The position numbers and the translations under genes are program-made. DNA of 61,123 bases, the filler included. It is 5 parts of 5 records of this genome, joined end to end, with 100 filler letters (N's around TTAATTAATTAA, not from the genome) between each part and the next. Parts side by side here need not be neighbours in the genome. Positions count along the whole stretch, not along the records: positions 1 to 31,777 come from SRR31147125_6796; positions 31,878 to 41,791 come from SRR31147125_6818; 3 more parts are not named here. One strand, given 5' to 3'. A model generated the notes under the pieces. It searched no databases. It was given only the letters and a program-made list of their open reading frames with translations, and had not been told where the DNA came from. Positions 29,576-39,833 of this stretch are shown piece after piece; the first letter of the stretch is position 1; each line of letters starts with the position of its first letter.

Positions 29576-29604
29576 AAGATAACGATTTAAACAAGTCTTG
29601 TCAA
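29576..29604 (-). promoter_or_regulatory. Sigma70-type promoter of hrcA-grpE-dnaJ
   Basis: TTGACA-N17-TATCTT on the minus strand, about 40 nt upstream of the hrcA ATG. Confidence 0.6.
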
Positions 29605-29653
29605 GTGAAATTTCCCGACCCCTATTTGCGCACATATGTTGATAATATCCAGT

Positions 29654-30505
29654 TTATAAATACTTTCTTACCGCCAAACTACTGCCCACGAATCCAAATA
29701 AAAAGCCAAAAACCACAAGCAGAGCGAGTATCTGGTTTTCACAATAAATCAATCCGGGAACCTCAAATTCAATTATCCTGACAACCAATACTAACACCAG
29801 AAATGCCAGAATTCCTCCTATTGTACCCTGAAAAATCCCTTCCACTAAAAACGGCCAGCGCACGAATCTGCGCGTTGCTCCTACTAATTGCATCGTTGTT
29901 ATAATCTGTTTTTTGGCCAAAATAATCAGTCGAATCGTGTTCGAAATAATTAATAGAGATCCAATGCTAACAAATAGTAAAACAATGACATTAAGTAATT
30001 TCGCAATACGTGCGTAACGATTCAGCACAGTTAAGGCCTGGCTGTGATATAAAACCTGATCAATCCCCCGCTCTTGTTCTATTTTTTTCGCTATTTTCTC
30101 AAGGTCTTTTGGGTTTTGTCGATCCTTTGCTAATGTGATATTAAACGAAGATGGTAATGGATTTTGCTCCAAAACATCAAATATATCTTGTCCAAATTCT
30201 CTTTGAAATTCCTTTGCAGCCTCATCTTTTGAATAAAAATCAATTTCAACAATCCCTTCAATACCAGATATTTTTGTACGCAGCGTATCAATTTGACTGT
30301 CATCTAATGTATTTGCGATAAAGACTTGAATATCAACTTTTGCATTGAGCTCCTGTATCAATCTATCAAGATTAAAAGACAAAAGACCCATAACACCAAT
30401 CAAAATCAGAAAAAAAGCAACGACAAAAACGGTCATTAATGAGGACAGGCGTGCGCGCCTAAAACCTTCAAATGCCTCTCGCAATATATAAATGATCTTT
30501 CGCAT
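29654..30505 (-). CDS. ftsX: Cell division permease FtsX
   Basis: SKDEAAKEF...NPLPSSF...ISNTIRL...MQLVGAT..FVRWPFLVEG; four TM segments. Confidence 0.95.
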   Translation of the reverse strand: MRKIIYILREAFEGFRRARLSSLMTVFVVAFFLILIGVMGLLSFNLDRLIQELNAKVDIQVFIANTLDDSQIDTLRTKISGIEGIVEIDFYSKDEAAKEFQREFGQDIFDVLEQNPLPSSFNITLAKDRQNPKDLEKIAKKIEQERGIDQVLYHSQALTVLNRYARIAKLLNVIVLLFVSIGSLLIISNTIRLIILAKKQIITTMQLVGATRRFVRWPFLVEGIFQGTIGGILAFLVLVLVVRIIEFEVPGLIYCENQILALLVVFGFLFGFVGSSLAVRKYL

Positions 30506-30508
30506 GAG

Positions 30509-31156
30509 CTATATAATTTCCCCATTTTTGATTTGGATAATTCGTCCCCGGTATTTTTTCACCATATTATAATTGTGCGTGGCCATAAGTATCGAAGTCC
30601 CCCTTGCATTGATACGCTCCAGCACGTCCATTATACCGGAAGCTGTTTCCGGATCGAGATTTCCTGTGGGTTCATCAGCAAGCAAAATATAGGGTTCATT
30701 CACAATCGCTCTGGCTATCGCCACTCGCTGTTGTTCTCCTCCGGATAATTCCAGAGGCATTTTCCTCGCTTTATGGCTTATTCCAACATCAGCCAGGGAA
30801 CGCAACACCTTTCTTTTTATCTCTTTATTTCTCTTACCCATGACATGCAACACAAATGCGACATTCTCAAAAACATCTCGATCGTGTAATAATTTAAAAT
30901 CCTGGAAAATAACACCAAGCCTTCTTCTCAGGAAAGGAATGTCCTTAGCTTTTAGATACAATGAATTATACTCACCGACGACCACCTGACCCTTTTCCGG
31001 AAACTCGTCCATATAAATACTTTTAAGCACTGTAGACTTGCCAGCACCACTTGGACCAACAAGAAACACAAATTCTCCTGGTCCAATATGTAAAGTGATG
31101 TTATTGATGCCATCACCGGTTTGATATTTTATCCGAACATTCTGTAATTCTACCAT
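30509..31156 (-). CDS. ftsE: Cell division ATP-binding protein FtsE
   Basis: GPSGAGKST, IPFLRRRLGVIFQDFKLL, LSGGEQQRVAIARA, ADEPTGNLD. Confidence 0.96.
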   Translation of the reverse strand: MVELQNVRIKYQTGDGINNITLHIGPGEFVFLVGPSGAGKSTVLKSIYMDEFPEKGQVVVGEYNSLYLKAKDIPFLRRRLGVIFQDFKLLHDRDVFENVAFVLHVMGKRNKEIKRKVLRSLADVGISHKARKMPLELSGGEQQRVAIARAIVNEPYILLADEPTGNLDPETASGIMDVLERINARGTSILMATHNYNMVKKYRGRIIQIKNGEII

Positions 31157-31177
31157 AATATCTACACTATACCACTT

Positions 31178-31777
31178 TCAATCTTGTTTTTGAAGAACAT
31201 AATGAACTCGTTCAGCGTTTTCATTACCCTGATCAAAGGAAAAATCAAAATAACTGCCAACCATATTTAAAGGTGATTGTTCTATCATCTGCTCTATATC
31301 TGCCAATTCTCTTATTCGTTGTTCGTGTGTTTCACAATAAACAATATCCGGAGCTTCCTTGAGTTGTATTTCAAAAGATGTTTTCTGGATCATTCTTTTC
31401 TTATCAAAGAGACCCTTGCGGAGATATTTTGCGTTATCAAATGATTCACGTTGCACATAATTTTGAAAAACAGTAACAGAATTCGATACGGTGCTTACAT
31501 CAAAAACAAAAATTCCCCCGATTTTCAACACAGAATATACATCATTAAAACATCTTATCCAATCTGATTTATTTAGCATATAGTTCATACTATCATATAA
31601 AGACAGAACCCCGTCCCACCCCGTTTTTACAGGTAAAAAGCTCATTTCAGAACATATAAATTGAGGATTTTTTTTCGATTGGTCTTATTTCTGGCGATTT
31701 GAACCATAGCGAATGATTTATCACAAGCTAATACATGAAATCCTTTATTCGCCATTTTAAGGGCCAGAGTACCGGTC
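31178..31777 (-). CDS. Class I SAM-dependent methyltransferase (5' truncated at the contig end; frameshift in the T8 run at 31668-31675)
   Basis: TGTLALKMANKGFHVLACDKSFAMV in the upstream frame, then DSMNY...LKIGGIFVFDV. Confidence 0.8.
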
Positions 31778-31877
31778 NNNNNNNNNNNNNNNNNNNNNNN
31801 NNNNNNNNNNNNNNNNNNNNNTTAATTAATTAANNNNNNNNNNNNNNNNNNNNNNNNNNNNNNNNNNNNNNNNNNNN
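31778..31877. other. Artificial contig linker
   Basis: N44-TTAATTAATTAA-N44; the 12-mer places stops in all six frames. Confidence 0.98.
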
Positions 31878-34800
31878 GTGCTTTGCTTTCCCAGAGGAAG
31901 TATGGCCGAAATTCTTTTAAAAATGAAATTACTAACTATTTTGTTGCTTTCTGTTGTAGCTGTTTCGGCAGCCAACAACACTTATTCTCAGCAAACAAAA
32001 TTCAATCTAAAACTTCAGGAAGTTAGTGTAAAAGAAGTTTTTTCGAAGATTGAAGAATACAGCGAATTTATTTTGTTGTATAATGAAAACGTTGTTGATG
32101 TAAGTAGAAAAGTAAATGTTCAGGTAAAAGAGCAGACCGTTGAACAGATTCTTGATCAGGTATTTGAGGGAACTAAAAATGTATATAAAATATACGATCG
32201 TCAAATTGTTATACTTGAAGATGAGTATGCAAAGGTTCCTGATATGTTTGATACATCTTCAAATCTAGATCAACGAAAAACAATTACTGGAAAGGTAACT
32301 GATATAAATGGGCAACCGTTACCCGGTGTAACTGTAATTGTAAAGGGAACAACAATTGGCATTACAACCGATTTTGATGGAAACTATACATTAGAAGTTC
32401 CAGGCAATGCAGAAATACTATCCTTTTCATTTGTTGGTATGAAAACACAGGAAATTGTTCTGGAAGGGCAATCTTTAATTAATGTTGTACTTGAAGAGGA
32501 AACCTTTGGAATCGATGAAGTTGTAGCAATCGGATACGGAACGCAAAAAAAGAGTAATGTAACGGGAGCAATTTCAAGTGTTAAATCAACCGATTTGGAA
32601 AACCGCTCTTCAACTAATGTGGCTTCTGCTTTACAGGGAAAATCTGCAGGTGTTCAGGTAATGAGTACTTCTGGTGCTCCCGGTTCAGCTTCTACAGTGC
32701 GTATTCGCGGTATATCATCAAATGCAAGCTCCGAACCTTTGTATATTGTGGATGGATTAAAAATTGCCAATCTTGGTACTAGTGTACAAACTTTTGGAAC
32801 ACCTGAAACAACAGCTGTTGATATGAATTTCTTGGATCCGGAAAACATTGAGAGTATTGAAATTTTAAAGGATGCCGCATCGGCTGCAATTTACGGAGCA
32901 GAAGCTGGAAATGGCGTTATTTTAATTACCACCAAAAAAGGGAAAAAAGGTGAAGGTAAAATATTCTACAATGTAAAATATTCGATGGTGAATGCTGCAA
33001 ATAAACTGGATGTTTTAAATGCCAGCGAGTACATTGATTTTCTGTTGGAATCAAGCTTCACTGAGCAGGAACTAAGTGATTATTATTATAATAATCCAAG
33101 CAGCTATAAAAACAATAAGTTGGTCGATACTGACTGGCAGGATGAAATGTATGAAACCGGGATTCGGATGCATCATACTCTGGGATTTCAGGGAGGTAAT
33201 GAACAGACATCGTATTATATCGCTTTAAATTATATGGATTACGACGGTATGGTAACCGGTTCATCAGATACATATAATCGGATATCCAGCCAAATGAATG
33301 TAAATCATAAAATAAAAGATTGGATTGAAATTGGGACAACAAATACCATAGAAAAATCTGATCTTAAGCGTATTACAGAGAGTAGTGTTACACATGGGAG
33401 TGCTTCCAGTATGGTTTTGACTGCAGATCCTTTAACGCCGGTTGAATATTCCGAAGGTTTGATCGGTGCCAATAATCTGGTACAGCAAGCGGTTGCAGAT
33501 GGTCATTCCCCTATTGTAAATCCAAAAACAGGTAATTATTATGGAAAATCATTAGTTATACCAGGTTTGGTGAATCCACTAGCAGAACTTGTTGAAACAG
33601 ATAGACTTACTAAAATAATGTCTGTGAATGGTACAATTTATGCAAACCTAACTCCTGTTAAAAACCTTGTTTATACTTCAAGGCTGGGGTACAGAATAAG
33701 TACCTCAACAAATAAATCATATACTGCACCTTACTGGTATGCTTCAGATAATTATGTTGATGGTCCTTCTCTTTCTAAAAATCAAAACACGGCCTTATAT
33801 TATCAATGGGAAAATTTTGCCAATTATAATTTAACATTTAATGAAAATGTGTTGTCAGTTATGGCAGGTACCTCATTTATTCAGAATGTTGTTGAAAGTC
33901 TTGGTGTTTCAACCGATGAATTATCAAGTATGGAAGAAAATTTCCTTTATCCTGGTTATTCGACTTCTGCTGCTGATGATAATATTTCCGGTACTACATT
34001 AAAAAGTGCTCAGATTGCTTACTTCGGACGCTTTAGCTGGAGTTATGCCGACAGATATGACCTGCAGTTGAACTTCCGTGCTGATGCATACGATAAATCA
34101 AAACTTGATATTGACCATGCCTGGGGTTATTTCCCATCTGCTTCAGCAGGGTGGACTATCTCTAATGAAAAGTTTATAGAGAATCTAAACATGGAAAAAT
34201 TGTCGTTTTTACGAGTTCGTGTTGCTTATGGTATTAATGGTAGTATTAGTAATCTTGCCGGTTATCAATACGCTTCTTCTCTCGCAACCGGTCAGAATTA
34301 TTATATGGAAAATCAATTGATTCGGGGAACTTATCCTTCAACAAGTCTTGCAAATCCTAAACTTCGCTGGGAAGAATCGAAACAGTTTGATGTAGGTTTG
34401 GACATGAGATTTTTGAATAACAGGTTATCGGTAACAGCCGATTTCTTTGATAAAAATACAGATGGATTATTAATTCGTTCTACACCCAATTTAATTACGG
34501 GTGCAACCAGTGTTTATCAGAATGTTGGCATAGTGCATAACCGTGGATTTGAATTTGATGTTGATTGGAAAGATAATATTGGGAAAGATTTTTCATACAA
34601 TATCAATGCAAATATATCAACAATTGAGAATGAGGTTAAAGAATATCTGGGTGAAGGTGTAAGGATTTCCGGAAGTGATGTTGGAAATACAGATATACCG
34701 GTTTCATATTTTGAAGAAGGCTTCCCGGTTTGGTACTTAAGAGGATATAAAGTTAAAGATATTAATGATGCAGATGGTTCAGTAATTTATGAAAACGCAC

Positions 34801-35342
34801 CTGGCACACCCGAAACAATTGGTGTTGACGATCAGGTGTATATTGGAGATGCAATTCCAGACTTCACATATGGGGCAACTATCTCGTTAAATTATAAGAA
34901 TATCGATTTTTTGGTTTATGGTGCCGGTTCGTATGGTGCTGATATTATGTATGGAATAACGAATGTTTCCATAAAGAATTTGAACAGACCAAAATTTTTA
35001 TTTAACGACCGATGGACTCCTGAAAATACTACAGGAACAGTTCCATCAGCAATTTATCAAAGGGATCCTTATTATTTGTCATCAGATGCGATGGTATTTG
35101 ATGGTTCCTATTTTAAAATTAAACAAATTCAATTAGGATATAATGTGCCTGCATCGTGGTTGAAAAAAGCCAAAGTGGAATCTTTAAGGGCATATATTTC
35201 TCTTGATGATTTCTTCACTTTTACAAAATACCCTGGATTGGATCCTGAAGTTCGTACTAATGACACATCAAGTATGGCAATAGATCAAGGAGGTTATCCC
35301 ATCTCCAGAACGGTATTATTTGGAATAAACCTCACTTTATAA
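31878..35342 (+). CDS. susC: SusC/RagA TonB-dependent transporter with an N-terminal STN domain (5' end may be truncated)
   Basis: STN-like N-terminus, GQPLPGVTVIVKGTT, EVVAIGYGTQKK, IEILKDAASAAIYG, NPKLRWEES, C-terminal YPISRTVLFGINLTL. Confidence 0.96.
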   Translation: MLCFPRGSMAEILLKMKLLTILLLSVVAVSAANNTYSQQTKFNLKLQEVSVKEVFSKIEEYSEFILLYNENVVDVSRKVNVQVKEQTVEQILDQVFEGTKNVYKIYDRQIVILEDEYAKVPDMFDTSSNLDQRKTITGKVTDINGQPLPGVTVIVKGTTIGITTDFDGNYTLEVPGNAEILSFSFVGMKTQEIVLEGQSLINVVLEEETFGIDEVVAIGYGTQKKSNVTGAISSVKSTDLENRSSTNVASALQGKSAGVQVMSTSGAPGSASTVRIRGISSNASSEPLYIVDGLKIANLGTSVQTFGTPETTAVDMNFLDPENIESIEILKDAASAAIYGAEAGNGVILITTKKGKKGEGKIFYNVKYSMVNAANKLDVLNASEYIDFLLESSFTEQELSDYYYNNPSSYKNNKLVDTDWQDEMYETGIRMHHTLGFQGGNEQTSYYIALNYMDYDGMVTGSSDTYNRISSQMNVNHKIKDWIEIGTTNTIEKSDLKRITESSVTHGSASSMVLTADPLTPVEYSEGLIGANNLVQQAVADGHSPIVNPKTGNYYGKSLVIPGLVNPLAELVETDRLTKIMSVNGTIYANLTPVKNLVYTSRLGYRISTSTNKSYTAPYWYASDNYVDGPSLSKNQNTALYYQWENFANYNLTFNENVLSVMAGTSFIQNVVESLGVSTDELSSMEENFLYPGYSTSAADDNISGTTLKSAQIAYFGRFSWSYADRYDLQLNFRADAYDKSKLDIDHAWGYFPSASAGWTISNEKFIENLNMEKLSFLRVRVAYGINGSISNLAGYQYASSLATGQNYYMENQLIRGTYPSTSLANPKLRWEESKQFDVGLDMRFLNNRLSVTADFFDKNTDGLLIRSTPNLITGATSVYQNVGIVHNRGFEFDVDWKDNIGKDFSYNINANISTIENEVKEYLGEGVRISGSDVGNTDIPVSYFEEGFPVWYLRGYKVKDINDADGSVIYENAPGTPETIGVDDQVYIGDAIPDFTYGATISLNYKNIDFLVYGAGSYGADIMYGITNVSIKNLNRPKFLFNDRWTPENTTGTVPSAIYQRDPYYLSSDAMVFDGSYFKIKQIQLGYNVPASWLKKAKVESLRAYISLDDFFTFTKYPGLDPEVRTNDTSSMAIDQGGYPISRTVLFGINLTL

Positions 35343-35359
35343 TCTTTAAAGCAATTAAA

Positions 35360-36991
35360 ATGATGAAAAAAAATATATTAATACTATTGGGAATTTTAAC
35401 CCTATCCATATTTAATTCATGTAATGAGGATTATCTCGACATTCAACAGCAAGGGGTTTTAACAACAGATAAATATGCTGAAGCAGATGATGAATCGGTT
35501 CAATCATTTATAGCATCAGTATACTACCAGGTAATGGGTGGTGGTTATGGAAATTATGGATACATTAACACAATAAGAGATTTGTCAGAAATCGGAGGAG
35601 AAGCAAAATCGGGTGATCCAAGTTGGGATTTTACTGAGACTTCAGAATCAATTAAAGTTAGGGAAATGTGGTCATATCATTATCGGGTTATATATGCCTG
35701 TAATATGATAATTGAAAATTTGCCTGACAATAATGTAGCTTCCGAAACTGTTATAAACAGGGTAATTGCGGAAGCCCGCGCTGTAAGATCAATTATGATG
35801 ATGCGTTTGGTTCAATTATGGGGTAATCCTCCGCTTGCCGATCATATAATGTTAGGAGACGAAAGTAATACTCCGGCAGCAACTTCATGGGAATTTATAG
35901 AAAGTGAATTATTGGCAGTAGCCGATGAATTGCCATCAAAAACCGATATGAATGCACAGGCTTTAATTGGTGGTCGATTGACCAAAGAAGCAGTTTATGC
36001 CTTTCTTGGAAAAGCTTATCTGTGGCAGGGAAAATATTCTGAAGCAGCCAGTACACTTCATGATAAAGTTATTGCTACGGGACTTTACGGCTTGGTCGAT
36101 AATTTTAATGATTTGAACAGTTCATCGAAAGATTTTTGTGAAGAATATATTTGGGAGTTTAACCGAAACAGTGATCCAAGTTATGCTACTTCACAAAACG
36201 GAGCGTTTTTGGCTGTGTTTCTAAATTGGCTTCCAACAATAGCATATCCCGAAAATCATTATCAAAATAATGGTTGGGCATATGCTGCTTATCCAACAGA
36301 ATCGTTTGGTACATTTATGGAAAACCATGATGTTAGTACAGGCAGGTATAGAGGTACAATTTGTAATTATGATGAACTATTTGATGAGTCGAAATTTAGT
36401 TACCCTGATTCGGACAGAGGGTTGCTAAATTCTCAGACACAACCAAATTTAGTTGGCTATTTCCGGGTTAAAAGTGTTCCATTGCAGGCAGATATAATAG
36501 AGGGATCGATTTGGTATAGCGATTTTATTGTGACTAATACTGTTTATATGAGATATGCCGAGGTACTTTTAAATTATGCCGAAGCAGTTGCAATGGGTGG
36601 AACACCAGGAGCAACAAGTGGACTGGAAGCATTAAATATGGTACGCAGAAGAGCAGGACTTTCTGATGCTCTATCACTAAATATGGATGATGATGCCTAC
36701 GGAATTAAAGCAGAACGCAGAGCTGAATTATTTTTTGAAGGATGTCGGTATATTGATATTGTGCGTTGGGGTGATGCTGCTGCAATACTTGCTGGTTATG
36801 GAAAAGAAGATCCGACCTTTTACGGTTACAAAGATGGAAGTACTTCAGGTGCTCAAAGCAAAGAAAATTGGGAAATTGTTTATACTCCAACAACCAGTAA
36901 TGGTTATGTATCTCCTAAAAACGATTTACTTCCAATACCATTAATTGAAATTAATAACAACCCAAATTTGACACAAAATACGGGTTGGTAA
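35360..36991 (+). CDS. susD: SusD/RagB-family lipoprotein
   Basis: Lipobox FNSC; MRYAEVLLNYAEA, LNMVRRRAGL, ERRAELFFEGCRYIDIVRW, LPIP...LTQNTGW. Confidence 0.96.
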   Translation: MMKKNILILLGILTLSIFNSCNEDYLDIQQQGVLTTDKYAEADDESVQSFIASVYYQVMGGGYGNYGYINTIRDLSEIGGEAKSGDPSWDFTETSESIKVREMWSYHYRVIYACNMIIENLPDNNVASETVINRVIAEARAVRSIMMMRLVQLWGNPPLADHIMLGDESNTPAATSWEFIESELLAVADELPSKTDMNAQALIGGRLTKEAVYAFLGKAYLWQGKYSEAASTLHDKVIATGLYGLVDNFNDLNSSSKDFCEEYIWEFNRNSDPSYATSQNGAFLAVFLNWLPTIAYPENHYQNNGWAYAAYPTESFGTFMENHDVSTGRYRGTICNYDELFDESKFSYPDSDRGLLNSQTQPNLVGYFRVKSVPLQADIIEGSIWYSDFIVTNTVYMRYAEVLLNYAEAVAMGGTPGATSGLEALNMVRRRAGLSDALSLNMDDDAYGIKAERRAELFFEGCRYIDIVRWGDAAAILAGYGKEDPTFYGYKDGSTSGAQSKENWEIVYTPTTSNGYVSPKNDLLPIPLIEINNNPNLTQNTGW

Positions 36992-37011
36992 AAACGTAAA
37001 ATAAATTTACA

Positions 37012-38289
37012 ATGAAAACGTCAAAAATATTATATTTTCTATTTACTTTATTGGTTTCCATAGTGGTCTTTACATCATGTGAGGAAGACGATATAGTAGA
37101 AGTTATTCCGCAACTCAATTTAAATAGTACTTCATTTAACGTTGATTTTCCTGAGGGAGAAGTTAGTATAGATTTAAATGCAAACTCTGTTTTTTATGCT
37201 TCAGTAAATGAAACAGATAAGAGCTGGTTGTCATATAAGTTTAGTAACAATTGTGAAACTATACGTTTAATTTTTACTGAAAATGATACCATTGCTGACA
37301 GCACCGGTTATGTTACCTTAACTAAAAGTGGAGTTTCTGAGGTTTTAACAGTAACGCAGGCAGGTAATCCGAATATAAATATTGGTACTGAAAAAGTAGA
37401 TTTAAATTTTGCTGTCGACAATTCGGGAGGATACACTATTCTCAATGTTGGAGCAGAAGAAGTAGCTAAAATTCCCATTGGCGCTACTGTAGTTATGGAA
37501 TGTCCCGAAGATGTAGGTACAATATCGTTGTTAGATGCTACCTATTCAGAATATATGGGAGGAAGTCCGGTAACCGGAGAGTTTAAATTTGTGTGGACAC
37601 AGGAAATTGCAGGAAAAGCGGCGGCAGGAATGATGGGTATTCTTCGAGATGGTTTCGATGTTTCGGCAATCTATTGTACATATGAAAAAGGTGCGAATGT
37701 TGAATTTACAATCGACTCTTCGGGTGGTTATACCATTTTAATGGCGTCAGCAGAAGTTTGTGCAAATATTCCAATCGGGGCAACCGTAATTTTTGAGTGT
37801 TCAAGTGATGATGGTACAATTTCTTTATTGAACCCGTCAACTTATGCTGAATACGCAGGAGGAGCTCCGGTGAACGGTAAATTTGTGTTTACCTGGACAA
37901 AGGAAATATCTGAAATTACAGCAGCATCCGGAATGATGGGAATTCTTCGAAATGGTTTTACTCCAACCCAGATTTATACCGTTAGTGTTAAAACCGATCT
38001 TGAATATGTAATTGACTCATCAGGTGGTTATACCATATTAATGGCATCTGCCGAAGATTGTTTCAAGATTCCAATTGGAGCAACTGTTGTCTTTGAATGC
38101 CCGAGCGATGCCGGAACCATATCATTGTTAAATCCTTCAACTTATGCTGAATATGCGGGAGGTGCGCCGGCTGGCGGAATATTTAGTTTTGAATGGACTT
38201 CGGAAATTGCAGGAATTACGGCTTCATCAGGAATGATGGGCATTCTACGTGATGGTTTTGAAGTGACAAGTTTGTATTGTCACAACTAA
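37012..38289 (+). CDS. Surface lipoprotein with a BACON-like domain and three tandem ~97-aa repeats (candidate glycan-binding protein)
   Basis: Lipobox FTSC; SWL...VTQAG BACON-like segment; three copies of DxSGGYTIL..IPIGATV..EC..D.GTISLL..GG.P..F.F.WT.EI..GMMGILR.GF. Confidence 0.8.
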   Translation: MKTSKILYFLFTLLVSIVVFTSCEEDDIVEVIPQLNLNSTSFNVDFPEGEVSIDLNANSVFYASVNETDKSWLSYKFSNNCETIRLIFTENDTIADSTGYVTLTKSGVSEVLTVTQAGNPNINIGTEKVDLNFAVDNSGGYTILNVGAEEVAKIPIGATVVMECPEDVGTISLLDATYSEYMGGSPVTGEFKFVWTQEIAGKAAAGMMGILRDGFDVSAIYCTYEKGANVEFTIDSSGGYTILMASAEVCANIPIGATVIFECSSDDGTISLLNPSTYAEYAGGAPVNGKFVFTWTKEISEITAASGMMGILRNGFTPTQIYTVSVKTDLEYVIDSSGGYTILMASAEDCFKIPIGATVVFECPSDAGTISLLNPSTYAEYAGGAPAGGIFSFEWTSEIAGITASSGMMGILRDGFEVTSLYCHN

Positions 38290-38343
38290 AACTATTTTTT
38301 AAGTCTATTAATTCACAAAGAATTAAATCGTTTTTTTAAGATA

Positions 38344-38380
38344 AAAGGTTTCTGGTTGGAAAATCTAACCAGAAACCTTT
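38344..38380 (+). terminator. Hairpin at the end of susC-susD-lipoprotein
   Basis: AAAGGTTTCTGGTT / AACCAGAAACCTTT, a 14-bp inverted repeat. Confidence 0.7.
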
Positions 38381-38407
38381 AGAATAAAATTTTCTAAAAA
38401 ATTAATT

Positions 38408-38776
38408 ATGAAACATATTGTATTGATTTTTGTGAGCGTTGTATTGCTTGCGTTGTCGAATGTTACAAATGCCCAGGATGCAAATGATTACTTTGTCGGA
38501 AAATGGGAGGTAACAGTTACCGGTACTCCAAACGGCGATTCCAAAATGACCTTTAATATTGAAAGAGTTGATGGAAAATTATCTGGTAAAGTTATTATGG
38601 GTGAAGCCATGACGACTGATATTGATAGAATTGATGAAAAAGAAACCTCAATCTTGGTTTATTTTAATGCGGGAGGTTATGATATAGGTTTCAATATGGA
38701 AAAAAAGGACGAGAACAATATAGAGGGTACTATGATGGATATGTTTAATGCCACCGGAAAACGTGTGGTTGATTAG
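38408..38776 (+). CDS. Small secreted hypothetical protein (beta-rich)
   Basis: Signal peptide ending NA-Q; FVGKWEVTVTGTPNGD motif. Confidence 0.75.
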   Translation: MKHIVLIFVSVVLLALSNVTNAQDANDYFVGKWEVTVTGTPNGDSKMTFNIERVDGKLSGKVIMGEAMTTDIDRIDEKETSILVYFNAGGYDIGFNMEKKDENNIEGTMMDMFNATGKRVVD

Positions 38777-38784
38777 TGTAATTA

Positions 38785-38813
38785 AAAAAAGGTGGTTTCC
38801 TACCACCTTTTTT
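38785..38813 (+). terminator. Intrinsic terminator
   Basis: A tract-GGTGGT-ttcct-ACCACC-T6. Confidence 0.75.
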
Positions 38814-38959
38814 ATTTCAGTTTCGAAAGACAAAAAACTTGTCATTTAAAATTTTTATTCATTTAAAATGATGGGTAAAAATAGTTGAACGTTTTGAATT
38901 AAAATGAAGAAATTAATTCCCGTTCCTTTCTTTTTATAACCAAGAAACAATTAAAATCG

Positions 38960-39823
38960 ATGAAACTTTTTCTATTAAGTGCTTATTCATTTTTGTTCCT
39001 TTTGATAACAATTCTACCAGGAAAACAAGGCACTTGTCAACAATCACAATCTTTACCTCAACTTGGAAAGTCTGAAATTAAGGATGTTATCTCAGCCATG
39101 ACTTTGGAAGAGAAAGCTGCTTTAGTTGTGGAAACCGGATTAAAAATGGGAAACTTGTCTGCAAATAATAGTGGTTTCCAGATTCCCAACCAGCCAATAC
39201 CGGGAAGCCTGGCTGCCAAATCAGAAATATATATAGTTGGCGCAGTTGGCCGTACACTTGAAATACCACGTTTGGGTGTAACAACGCTCGAAATGGTGGA
39301 TGAATCAGCAGGAGCGAGTTTTAGTTCTCAGTGTACAGCTTATCCGATTGCAATAAATCTTTCCTCAACCTGGGATAAAGATCTTGTAAATACCATTGGA
39401 CAGTGCATGGGAAATGAAGTGTTGGAATATGGACTTGACCTTTTACTGGTACCGGCAATGAATATAATGCGTAATTCATTAACCGGAAGAAATTTTGAAT
39501 ATTATTCTGAAGATCCGCTGTTATCAAGGAAAATTGGAGCAGCAATGGTAAACGGAATACAATCGCAGGGCGTGGGCACTTCTGTAAAACATTTTGTGGC
39601 CAATAACCAGGAAACCAACCGCATTTCAGTGGATGCAATCATCAGCGAACGCGCTTTACTCGAAATTTACCTGAAAGGATTTGAAATAACCGTCAAAGAA
39701 TCAAATCCATGGACTTTAATGGCTTCGTATAACTCGGTAAATGGAGCGCTTGCAACAGAGAATTTCGATTTATTAACCACAATTGTTAGAGACGATTGGA
39801 ATTATCATGGAATGATAAATTAA
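38960..39823 (+). pseudogene. Truncated GH3 beta-glucosidase (N-terminal barrel only)
   Basis: MTLEEKA, GRNFEYYSEDP and KHFVANNQE are present, but the ORF stops at DWNYHGMIN, just before the usual VMTDW nucleophile motif. No C-terminal domain follows. Confidence 0.75.
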
Positions 39824-39833
39824 AATTAAGTAA

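Noticed and set aside
29538-29653. CIRCE operator upstream of hrcA
   Set aside because: No TTAGCACTC-N9-GAGTGCTAA or close variant found in this interval.
31822-31833. TTAATTAATTAA recurring four times as a biological repeat
   Set aside because: Always centred in N padding. It is an assembly concatenation linker; ORFs containing X runs or ending in LIN are artefacts.
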